Shown: piece after piece, positions 1 through 6,170 of the stretch
How positions within the stretch are numbered: the stretch's first letter is position 1
Layout of the letters: each line of letters begins with the position of its first letter
Assembly: GCA_003568775.1 (NCBI GenBank)
Contig: MWMI01000008.1
Coordinates: forward strand, 1-11,567
Direction of reading: 5' to 3'
DNA length: 11,567 nucleotides
From: Candidatus Nanoclepta minutus
GTDB taxonomy: Archaea > Nanobdellota > Nanobdellia > Nanobdellales > Nanobdellaceae
Program-made: the position numbers and the translations under genes
Notes under the pieces: model-generated
Told to the model about the DNA's origin: nothing
Database searches by the model: none
Seen by the model: only the letters and a program-made list of their open reading frames with translations

Positions 1-1
1 A

Positions 2-169
2 TCTGTTGCATCTTTAACCAGTAAGAAACCAACGTATGGAGAATTTATGTCTATTAACCATCCATTTGCTGTTCTTATATTTGGAAATCCATTTGTTGCT
101 TTAGCACTTCTAATAATGGAAGTTGTAGTTTATTCGAGAATAGAACATAGAATTTTTTATCATAAATAA
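2..169 (+). CDS. 3' end of an ORF entering from upstream of the window (hypothetical, hydrophobic C-terminus)
   Basis: Frame 2 is open from the window edge to TAA at 167-169. The translated tail is ...SINHPFAVLIFGNPFVALALLIMEVVVYSRIEHRIFYHK, with one hydrophobic helix. No family recognised. Confidence 0.35.
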   Translation, partial: SVASLTSKKPTYGEFMSINHPFAVLIFGNPFVALALLIMEVVVYSRIEHRIFYHK

Positions 170-174
170 ATAGC

Positions 175-194
175 AAAAGTTTATATTTTATAAG
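175..194 (+). promoter_or_regulatory. TATA-box-like element for the 212-910 gene (leaderless-type spacing)
   Basis: aaaag-tttatatt (TATA-like 180-187) is centred about 28 nt upstream of the ATG at 212. No purine-rich SD lies between them. Confidence 0.4.
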
Positions 195-211
195 ATACTA
201 TTATTCAAATT

Positions 212-910
212 ATGGATGCCCTTCAACCACTTTGGGATCTTTTCTTACCAGTGATACCACAAAATTATAAAATAATTGCACAATCCTGGGGTCTTTATGG
301 ACCGGCAGGAGGAATTTTAGCATTTCTAGCAGCTGTAGCATTAATATTTGGATTATTCTGGTTAGGTATGTTACTAGCCTTTGGAAAAATTATAGAAGGA
401 AACCCATATGCACATAGAGCCTTGATATTAATAGCTGCTGGATTAGGTATAATAGGAGCTTGGTATGGTGCAGGTGTTATGTTCTATATACTATCAAACA
501 TAGCATATTTAATGGGATCCTTTGCTGCTATAATAGTATTTGGCTCAGTTATTAGAGCTTTGATCGCAGGATGGCATGGAGCTGGGGCAACAATGCAAGA
601 AGCCATAGCACTTGAGGAAGCAGAAAAAGCAAAAGTATTTGAATATAAAAAGACTACAATTATGGGGGCATATGAATTACTGAACGAGATAATATTAAAG
701 ATATACAATAATAATCCAAAAGCAGAAAATGCAGAAATAGCCGAAAGCGTAATCGACTTCTTAAAAAAAGAAAAAGCTTTAGCAGAAAAGTTGTTTGGTT
801 TCAAAAGAGGGTCTTTATATGATTATTATATAAAACTCTTTGGGAGCTATACTAAACTAAAAGATTATATAGAAAATAAAATTAAGGAATTCAGACAATA
901 CAAAACATAA
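212..910 (+). CDS. Hypothetical membrane protein: Gly/Ala-rich N-terminal transmembrane region plus Lys/Glu-rich helical C-terminal half
   Basis: 232-aa ORF with a promoter-like box upstream. The N-terminal ~125 aa contain three to four hydrophobic helices (e.g. GILAFLAAVALIFGLFWLGMLLAF, ALILIAAGLGIIGAWYGAGVMFYIL). The C-terminal ~100 aa are charged and helical. No family recognised. Confidence 0.7.
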   Translation: MDALQPLWDLFLPVIPQNYKIIAQSWGLYGPAGGILAFLAAVALIFGLFWLGMLLAFGKIIEGNPYAHRALILIAAGLGIIGAWYGAGVMFYILSNIAYLMGSFAAIIVFGSVIRALIAGWHGAGATMQEAIALEEAEKAKVFEYKKTTIMGAYELLNEIILKIYNNNPKAENAEIAESVIDFLKKEKALAEKLFGFKRGSLYDYYIKLFGSYTKLKDYIENKIKEFRQYKT

Positions 911-920
911 ATAATACAAT

Positions 921-930
921 ATTTTTTGAT
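921..930 (+). terminator. Possible oligo-T terminator after the 212-910 gene
   Basis: A T6 run (923-928) lies 13 nt after the stop codon in a 36-nt convergent spacer. Archaeal termination commonly uses oligo-T. Confidence 0.25.
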
Positions 931-946
931 ATACTTTTCAACATTT

Positions 947-2092
947 CTAAATTTCTTCTACCTTCTTTTTTATAACCAAACTTTCTGCATAATCATCTGG
1001 ATCCATTGTTATGATATATCCCTTTGAAACCTCTTCCAACTTATGTCCTGCCCTCCCAAACCTCTGTACCGCTCTAATAACCTGTCTTGGTGACATATAC
1101 TGTATTACTGCATCTACATGACCTATATCAATTCCAAGCTCTAATGAAGATGTAGCAATTATTGCCTTTAACTTTCCTTCCTTAAACAACCTCTCATTCC
1201 TTTCCCTAACTTCCCTAGACAAACTACTGTGGTGTATTTCTATGGGATAATCCGGTAACCATTTCTTAAACCTTGAAACCAATAATTCTGCCATTTCCCT
1301 CGTATTTACAAATATTAAGACAGACCTATGCCTATCCAAGATCTCCTTTATCTTTCTTAAACTCCAAACTATTTTAGGACTCCATTCCAGCTTCCTACTT
1401 AATTCAAAGTCTTCTTCAGTAATCCTGGGATAGAATACCTCTATATCGTATCTCTTAACTCCATACCAATATGCAATATCAAAATCTCTATATCCAAAGA
1501 TAAACCTACCTGCTAGATCTAAATCACCAATCGTTGCAGATAATGCTATCCTTTGAAAATCTCCAGCAAAGTTAACTAACCTCTCTAATCCCAAAGATAA
1601 CTGGACACCTCTCTTATCATCCAATAACTCGTGTAACTCATCTACTATAACGAACTTTACATATCTTAAGTGATCCTTCAATTTTTTTCCTAAAAATAAT
1701 GCTTGTAAAGTTTCAGGGGTTGTTATTAGGAATTCTGGAGGTCTCTTAGACTGTTTTGTCCTCTCACTTTGGGTAGTATCTCCATGTCTTACTGCAATTG
1801 AAATATCTAAATTGTTACACCACCAGTATAATCTATCTAAAAGATCCCTATTTAAGGCCCTTAGTGGAGTTATATAGATAGCCAAAATCCCTTTCACCTC
1901 TTCCCTCTCTCTTATATCTAGGATTCTTGAAAAAACTGGAACTACTGCTGCTTCTGTTTTTCCAGCCCCCGTTGGTGCAACTATTAAGGTATTCTTACCA
2001 TAAAAAACTTTAGGAATAGCTAGTTCCTGTATTTTATTAAAGTTCCCAAACCTTCCCTTGAAAAGTTCTAAAACTTCCTTTCTTATATCCAT
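947..2092 (-). CDS. lhr: Lhr-type superfamily-2 DEAH/DExH helicase, RecA-core-only (N-terminal module of a split or truncated Lhr)
   Basis: SF2 motifs occur in order: I APTGAGKT, Ia YITPLRALNRD, II DELH, III SAT, VI QRFGRAGH. The start overlaps the upstream MPE-type phosphoesterase gene by 10 nt, a classical Lhr-MPE pairing. At 381 aa, the winged-helix and domain-4 half of Lhr-core is absent. Confidence 0.85.
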   Translation of the reverse strand: MDIRKEVLELFKGRFGNFNKIQELAIPKVFYGKNTLIVAPTGAGKTEAAVVPVFSRILDIREREEVKGILAIYITPLRALNRDLLDRLYWWCNNLDISIAVRHGDTTQSERTKQSKRPPEFLITTPETLQALFLGKKLKDHLRYVKFVIVDELHELLDDKRGVQLSLGLERLVNFAGDFQRIALSATIGDLDLAGRFIFGYRDFDIAYWYGVKRYDIEVFYPRITEEDFELSRKLEWSPKIVWSLRKIKEILDRHRSVLIFVNTREMAELLVSRFKKWLPDYPIEIHHSSLSREVRERNERLFKEGKLKAIIATSSLELGIDIGHVDAVIQYMSPRQVIRAVQRFGRAGHKLEEVSKGYIITMDPDDYAESLVIKKKVEEI

Positions 2093-2748
2093 ACTTCCTT
2101 CAATAAGACTCCTTCAAGCGTAAATACGTTGTATGCCTTTATCTTCTTTGCTATAGGACCATGGAAATTCCCTACTTCCCAATAACCGGCTAGATCAGAA
2201 AAGGCAGGGAGTATTATAACCTCCCTCTCATCAAAAGTTCCAGAAACAAAAACCTTCTCATAGAAGGATTCACCAATAATACTCCTTATATTAATAACAA
2301 AATGATGATGTCCTATAACGAAAACTTTTCCATCTAAAACATTCCTCTTATGACCATGAGAAAAAACAACTTTACCTATTTTAATTTCCTTCAGTATCTT
2401 TATATTATCCTTCTTCTCAACTATCTTCTCTAAGCCCCCATCATGGTTACCCTTCAGGATGTATATCCTTTCAAAATATTCCGATATTTTATCTAAAAAG
2501 TATGGTATTTCCCTCATCTCCATTAAACTAACCTTCGGCACATTATGCTTTAGATCTCCAACAATTATCAGATTACTAACCTTACTCTTGCTATATATAT
2601 CCTCTAACTTCTTTATCAAGTAATCGGTAACTGCTGGCAGGTTTATTCCTCCAGTAAACAACTCTCTCTCTATTCCAATATGTAAATCAGAGATTACTAG
2701 GTACTTATCCTTAAAGATTAATGCCTCCTTCCCGGTAAATTTAAACAT
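2083..2748 (-). CDS. Calcineurin-like metallophosphoesterase (MPE / SbcD-Mre11-related archaeal phosphoesterase)
   Basis: Motifs in canonical order: SDLHIG (D-x-H), VGDLKHN (GD), GNHD, SHGH, GHHH. The ATG shares one base with the upstream stop (TAATG), and the 3' end overlaps the helicase start. Confidence 0.85.
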   Translation of the reverse strand: MFKFTGKEALIFKDKYLVISDLHIGIERELFTGGINLPAVTDYLIKKLEDIYSKSKVSNLIIVGDLKHNVPKVSLMEMREIPYFLDKISEYFERIYILKGNHDGGLEKIVEKKDNIKILKEIKIGKVVFSHGHKRNVLDGKVFVIGHHHFVINIRSIIGESFYEKVFVSGTFDEREVIILPAFSDLAGYWEVGNFHGPIAKKIKAYNVFTLEGVLLKEVWI

Positions 2749-4481
2749 TATTTTGCTATTGAATATTCTATAAATACTTTATCTAATACTTTGATTACAT
2801 TTTTATCTAAATAATTCAATAACTTACTGAAATCTTTAAGTATCTCTTTTATATATTCCTTATTAAATTCTCCTATCTTATTTCCATCGTAATCATATAA
2901 TAAGACCTTATCCGAGATTACTATCAGCTTATCTGAGAATACTAATAAGTTTAAAACCTCCCCACCTTTCAATAATATCTTAAAACTATACAAACTTATT
3001 ATATCCTCAACTAAACCCTGTAAATAATCCCTAAAGGCCCTAATTAAGATATATATTTTCTCCTTAAATATATTATACTCTAAATCCTCTGTTTTTCCTT
3101 CTAAAAACTTTCTAATATACTGATTAACTTCTTCAAAGATATTCCCCAACAATGAAAACTTTTCCTGTATGATTTCGTTTATACTCTTCTTATAAATCTC
3201 TTCCAACCTTGATTTAAGGACGTTATATTCCTCAATATAATACATTATCTCTTCTTTCTCCTTTTCTCTATCTATTAGCTGCTTTAAAGCATTCATCCTA
3301 TTAATAAAGCTTTCGGCTTTGGAAATCCATTCGTTTAAGTCTTTATAATCAAAACCCTCTATTTCTCCATGCTCATGCATTTTTCTTAACTTCCATATAT
3401 CCTCCAAATCCTTTGCATAACTATCTTCCAATATCTTTTTCTCCTCAACAAATACCTTTCTTAAGGATTCTATCGTCTCCTTTGGATCCAACGGAGAGAA
3501 ACCATATCTAACCAAAACTGCTTGAGCAGCTGTTAACATAGATACAGCAACATCATTAACTAATAAAGAATTAATTGTATTCCTTATTCTGTCCTTCGAA
3601 TCTTTTAACATCATGTTAGCAACGTTCAGATGCTTTTCTGCAGCCTCTCTCGATGGCTTTAATATTCCCTTTAATAGTAACTGTTTCCAAGCTATAAATG
3701 TACCTCTATCGTAGAAGGCTATGCCATCTCTCAAGAAAGTATAAATAACTGGATTATATTCGGATAAAGCATACCAGAATTCAGTTAAAGTATAAACTTG
3801 AGGATGTATAACCTTCTTTGAATTCAAAAACATCTGAACTTTTAATGCTTCTGTAGTTACTACTTCATATAACTTAGCTTTTAGCTCTTCAAAAGTATGC
3901 ATCTTTACATCAGTATCATCTATTATAACATAAACGTCTACATCAGACTTATCTACATTCCTTCCCTTTACTTGAGATCCAGCTAATGCATATGCAACAA
4001 CATATTTAGAAAATATCTCTAAAAGGGAATTCTTATGTAATGTTACCAATTTAAATATTTCAAAGATACCTTTATCATACAGAATTTCTAGACTGGATAA
4101 GAAATCTAATAGATCAAATCTAGAATCCATAGAAATTTCCATTATATCGCTCATTAGTAATGGATGAATCCAAATCTTCAATCCTTTTTCTTTTATAAAC
4201 TTCAGCGATTCTTCTAAAAATTCTGCCTTAAGCTTTATTTTATCGTTTATAGTATTCAGATCATAATCAGAAAGGATAATTATAATATGTTCGTATTCCC
4301 TTATTTCCTTCTCATGCTTTTCCCTTATATTATCAACGTTTAGCTTATCAATAGAAGAATATCTCAAAAGATCTCCTAAGAACCTTAAGTTTTCCTCCTT
4401 TTTACCATCAGCTTTTCCTATTCCAATTATTCTTTCTTTATCTTTAGATTTAAGAACATAATCCACGAACTCCTGGCTCAT
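2748..4481 (-). CDS. Large multidomain protein: degenerate NTase-like repeat, intact minimal (MNT/pol-beta type) nucleotidyltransferase, HEPN-like helical region with Rx4H, coiled coil, and a beta-rich C-terminal domain
   Basis: G168-S-x10-D180-x-D182 (AGSQVKGRNVDKSDVDVYVIIDD) is the pol-beta/MNT signature. An upstream segment repeats the pattern (SDYDL...IWIHP...LYDKGIF versus SDVDV...VIHP...FYDRGTF). Downstream, LRKMHEHG fits Rx4H. 577-aa ORF. Confidence 0.7.
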   Translation of the reverse strand: MSQEFVDYVLKSKDKERIIGIGKADGKKEENLRFLGDLLRYSSIDKLNVDNIREKHEKEIREYEHIIIILSDYDLNTINDKIKLKAEFLEESLKFIKEKGLKIWIHPLLMSDIMEISMDSRFDLLDFLSSLEILYDKGIFEIFKLVTLHKNSLLEIFSKYVVAYALAGSQVKGRNVDKSDVDVYVIIDDTDVKMHTFEELKAKLYEVVTTEALKVQMFLNSKKVIHPQVYTLTEFWYALSEYNPVIYTFLRDGIAFYDRGTFIAWKQLLLKGILKPSREAAEKHLNVANMMLKDSKDRIRNTINSLLVNDVAVSMLTAAQAVLVRYGFSPLDPKETIESLRKVFVEEKKILEDSYAKDLEDIWKLRKMHEHGEIEGFDYKDLNEWISKAESFINRMNALKQLIDREKEKEEIMYYIEEYNVLKSRLEEIYKKSINEIIQEKFSLLGNIFEEVNQYIRKFLEGKTEDLEYNIFKEKIYILIRAFRDYLQGLVEDIISLYSFKILLKGGEVLNLLVFSDKLIVISDKVLLYDYDGNKIGEFNKEYIKEILKDFSKLLNYLDKNVIKVLDKVFIEYSIAK

Positions 4482-4503
4482 TAGTCTTTATTCTCTTACA
4501 TAT

Positions 4504-5013
4504 TTATATTTCTTTCCTCAACCATTTTAACATACTATTTATATCGATATCTGCTTTTTCTTTTTCTTCCTGTTGTTTAGTTTCTTCCTTTTTTTCTTCC
4601 TTAAAGCTTAAGTATTCTAAAATCTTGTTTCTCAATGCTTCTAATTCATTAAGTTCTACTTTTCTCCTTGGCAAGATAACCTTAATCCCATCTTCTTCAA
4701 ATCTAGGAACTACTTCTAAATATATATGCTTACTTTTCTCATATTCTCTAAAAGTATTTATGGATAATAGATATCCGACCGGCTTAAATATCAATTGAAG
4801 GACATTTGTCAATCTTTTCGCTAAAATAATCATCTTAACTAAAGTTTCATCATCTAATAACTCTATCCTCTCAACATGTCTCCTTGGGAATATTAAGATA
4901 TGGCCTGGGTTAGAAGGAAATATGTTTAAAACACAAACAATATCTTCATCCTCGTATATTTTAAAGGATGGTACTATATTCTCTGAAATCTTACAAAGAC
5001 TGCACTCGTCCAT
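4504..5013 (-). CDS. HIT-superfamily (Hint-like) protein with a degenerate histidine triad and an acidic/lysine-rich C-terminal tail
   Basis: N-terminal CSLC and VLNIFPSNPGHILIFPRRHVE match the HIT fold core. The HxHxHxx position reads H96-I-Y98-L-E100-V-V followed by PR. First gene of the minus-strand operon. Confidence 0.8.
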   Translation of the reverse strand: MDECSLCKISENIVPSFKIYEDEDIVCVLNIFPSNPGHILIFPRRHVERIELLDDETLVKMIILAKRLTNVLQLIFKPVGYLLSINTFREYEKSKHIYLEVVPRFEEDGIKVILPRRKVELNELEALRNKILEYLSFKEEKKEETKQQEEKEKADIDINSMLKWLRKEI

Positions 5014-5050
5014 AAACTTTTTATAAGGTTATCAGAGAAAATAAAGATTT
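5014..5050. promoter_or_regulatory. 37-bp divergent promoter spacer with two opposed TATA-like boxes
   Basis: tttttataa (5018-5026) is centred ~29 nt upstream of the ATG at 5051. On the other strand, tttatttt (complement of 5038-5045) is centred ~28 nt upstream of the ATG at 5013. There is no room for 5' UTRs or SD. Confidence 0.45.
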
Positions 5051-5989
5051 ATGCTAGGATATATATTAACTATATCTGGAATACTATTCTCCTCAATTGC
5101 TTCATATTTCTCATCAAAAGTAATAATAAAACATATCTATTCATATGCAGAAAGCTTCTATAAGAGACCTATAAATTTCCTAATGTTCTATACTGGTCTA
5201 ATAATCAGTTTACCAGTTTACATATCTTCTATAAACTTAACAATACTAAATAAACCTCTATTAGGCTATTATATACTGCTTTTTAACGTTGTCTTAGATT
5301 TATCGATAGTCTTTGGAATACTCATATTATTTAAGAAAATAAGAAAGTTTGAGATTTCAAAGGATTTCATTTTCGCTTTATCTGTAGTTTTTACCCTACA
5401 TTTATTCTTAATATTAAAGAAAAGTCTAAACTTAATAGACTCCATAATATTATTTATAACTTTTATATCTATTTCCATATTTCTAATTAATAGAGAGAAA
5501 GAAGAAAAATCGTTGAAAATAAGAAAAATTAGCACTATGGATTTCCTAACTATGTTACCTATTTTTATTTTATCTCTATCAATCATTTATGCATCTTCAG
5601 TTTTAATCTCTATGTTTGCTATAAACTTAAACAACCTGCTCGGTAGTACCCCTCTATCAGCCTATATTATAAATCTTATCAATACAATGTCTCAAAACGT
5701 AATTATTTCAATGGTAATACTAGAAGAGAGGAATAAAACGGAAGAAAGTTTATTACCAATAATTGGAGAAGCTATTTATACCTTTACAATATATATAGGA
5801 ACAATATGTGGAATAAGTCCTATTCTATTCTCAGTTGAGATGCTTTTGCCAACAATATCTGCAATATTCTTGGTTTATATATCTTTAGTATTCCTAAACT
5901 TACTGAATTATGATATTCCCCCACCAAGGGAAGTTGGACTTTTAATAATAATCCTATGCATTATATTGGGCCTTTTGACAATGGTATAA
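5051..5989 (+). CDS. Polytopic membrane protein, probably a divergent CaCA (Na+/Ca2+ exchanger, YrbG-like) family member
   Basis: 312 aa with about 10 hydrophobic helices in two halves, separated by a charged loop (NREKEEKSLKIRK). The first half has FYKRPINFLMFYTGLIISLPV...LLFNVVLDLSIVFG, matching the spacing of the alpha-1 repeat (..P..iG.t..a.GTSLPE...GSNifNil..lG). The second half has a weaker copy (LGSTPLSAYIINLINTMSQN...GEAIYTFTIYIG). Confidence 0.6.
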   Translation: MLGYILTISGILFSSIASYFSSKVIIKHIYSYAESFYKRPINFLMFYTGLIISLPVYISSINLTILNKPLLGYYILLFNVVLDLSIVFGILILFKKIRKFEISKDFIFALSVVFTLHLFLILKKSLNLIDSIILFITFISISIFLINREKEEKSLKIRKISTMDFLTMLPIFILSLSIIYASSVLISMFAINLNNLLGSTPLSAYIINLINTMSQNVIISMVILEERNKTEESLLPIIGEAIYTFTIYIGTICGISPILFSVEMLLPTISAIFLVYISLVFLNLLNYDIPPPREVGLLIIILCIILGLLTMV

Positions 5990-6018
5990 TTATAAAACTT
6001 ACTGTATGAGAAATATTA

Positions 6019-6135
6019 ATGAAAAGGAGCTCAAGAAGGTGGAAAAAGTATAAAAGGTCTCGATGGAAATGGCAAAAGAAAAGAATGAAAGAAGAAAAGA
6101 GACTTAGGAAACTAGCGAGACTAAGGGCTATATAA
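6019..6135 (+). CDS. rpl41e: Small basic ORF resembling ribosomal protein L41e (eL41)
   Basis: 38 codons: MKRSSRRWKKYKRSRWKWQKKRMKEEKRLRKLARLRAI. It is Arg/Lys/Trp-rich, with an RWKWxKKRM...RLRK core like archaeal and eukaryotic L41e. TATA-like ttataaaa (5990-5997) sits ~25 nt upstream. An in-frame TGA at 6007-6009 fixes the start. Below the ORF-track size cutoff. Confidence 0.6.
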   Translation: MKRSSRRWKKYKRSRWKWQKKRMKEEKRLRKLARLRAI

Positions 6136-6146
6136 GTTTTTAAATG
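6134..6146 (+). promoter_or_regulatory. Candidate 16S rRNA promoter (BRE/TATA-like aag-tttttaaat)
   Basis: tttttaaat (6137-6145) would place the transcription start near 6165-6170, exactly where composition switches from AT-rich to GC-rich (ccccc at 6171). An alternative box, catatata (6163-6170), would start inside the leader hairpin. Confidence 0.35.
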
Positions 6147-6170
6147 CTATTGAGATAATTATCATATATA

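Noticed and set aside
484-804. 106-aa antisense ORF inside the 212-910 gene
   Set aside because: A shadow ORF opposite a better-supported gene that has its own promoter box. The translation is low-complexity (Ser/Phe/Ala-rich) with no start context.
4062-4481. N-terminal part of the 577-aa protein as a Toprim domain (IIGIGKAD ... IIIILSDYDL resembling EGxxD ... DxD)
   Set aside because: The invariant Toprim Glu is absent. The segment aligns better, landmark by landmark (SDxDx, IHP, YDxGxF), as a degenerate copy of the downstream NTase module.
5269-5586. 105-aa antisense ORF inside the CaCA-like membrane gene
   Set aside because: An AT-rich shadow frame (Ile/Lys/Asn/Phe-rich), fully nested in a longer ORF with coherent transmembrane periodicity.
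6006-6053. Alternative 15-codon ORF (MRNINEKELKKVEKV) starting at ATG 6006, overlapping the L41e-like ORF
   Set aside because: It is very short with no recognisable family. The +1 frame starting at 6019 gives a much more convincing L41e-like basic peptide at the right distance from the TATA-like box.
6163-6170. catatata as the 16S TATA box
   Set aside because: It would place the start ~25 nt downstream, inside the 6172-6221 hairpin. The tttttaaat box at 6137-6145 places the start at the AT-to-GC transition and is preferred, though neither is verified.
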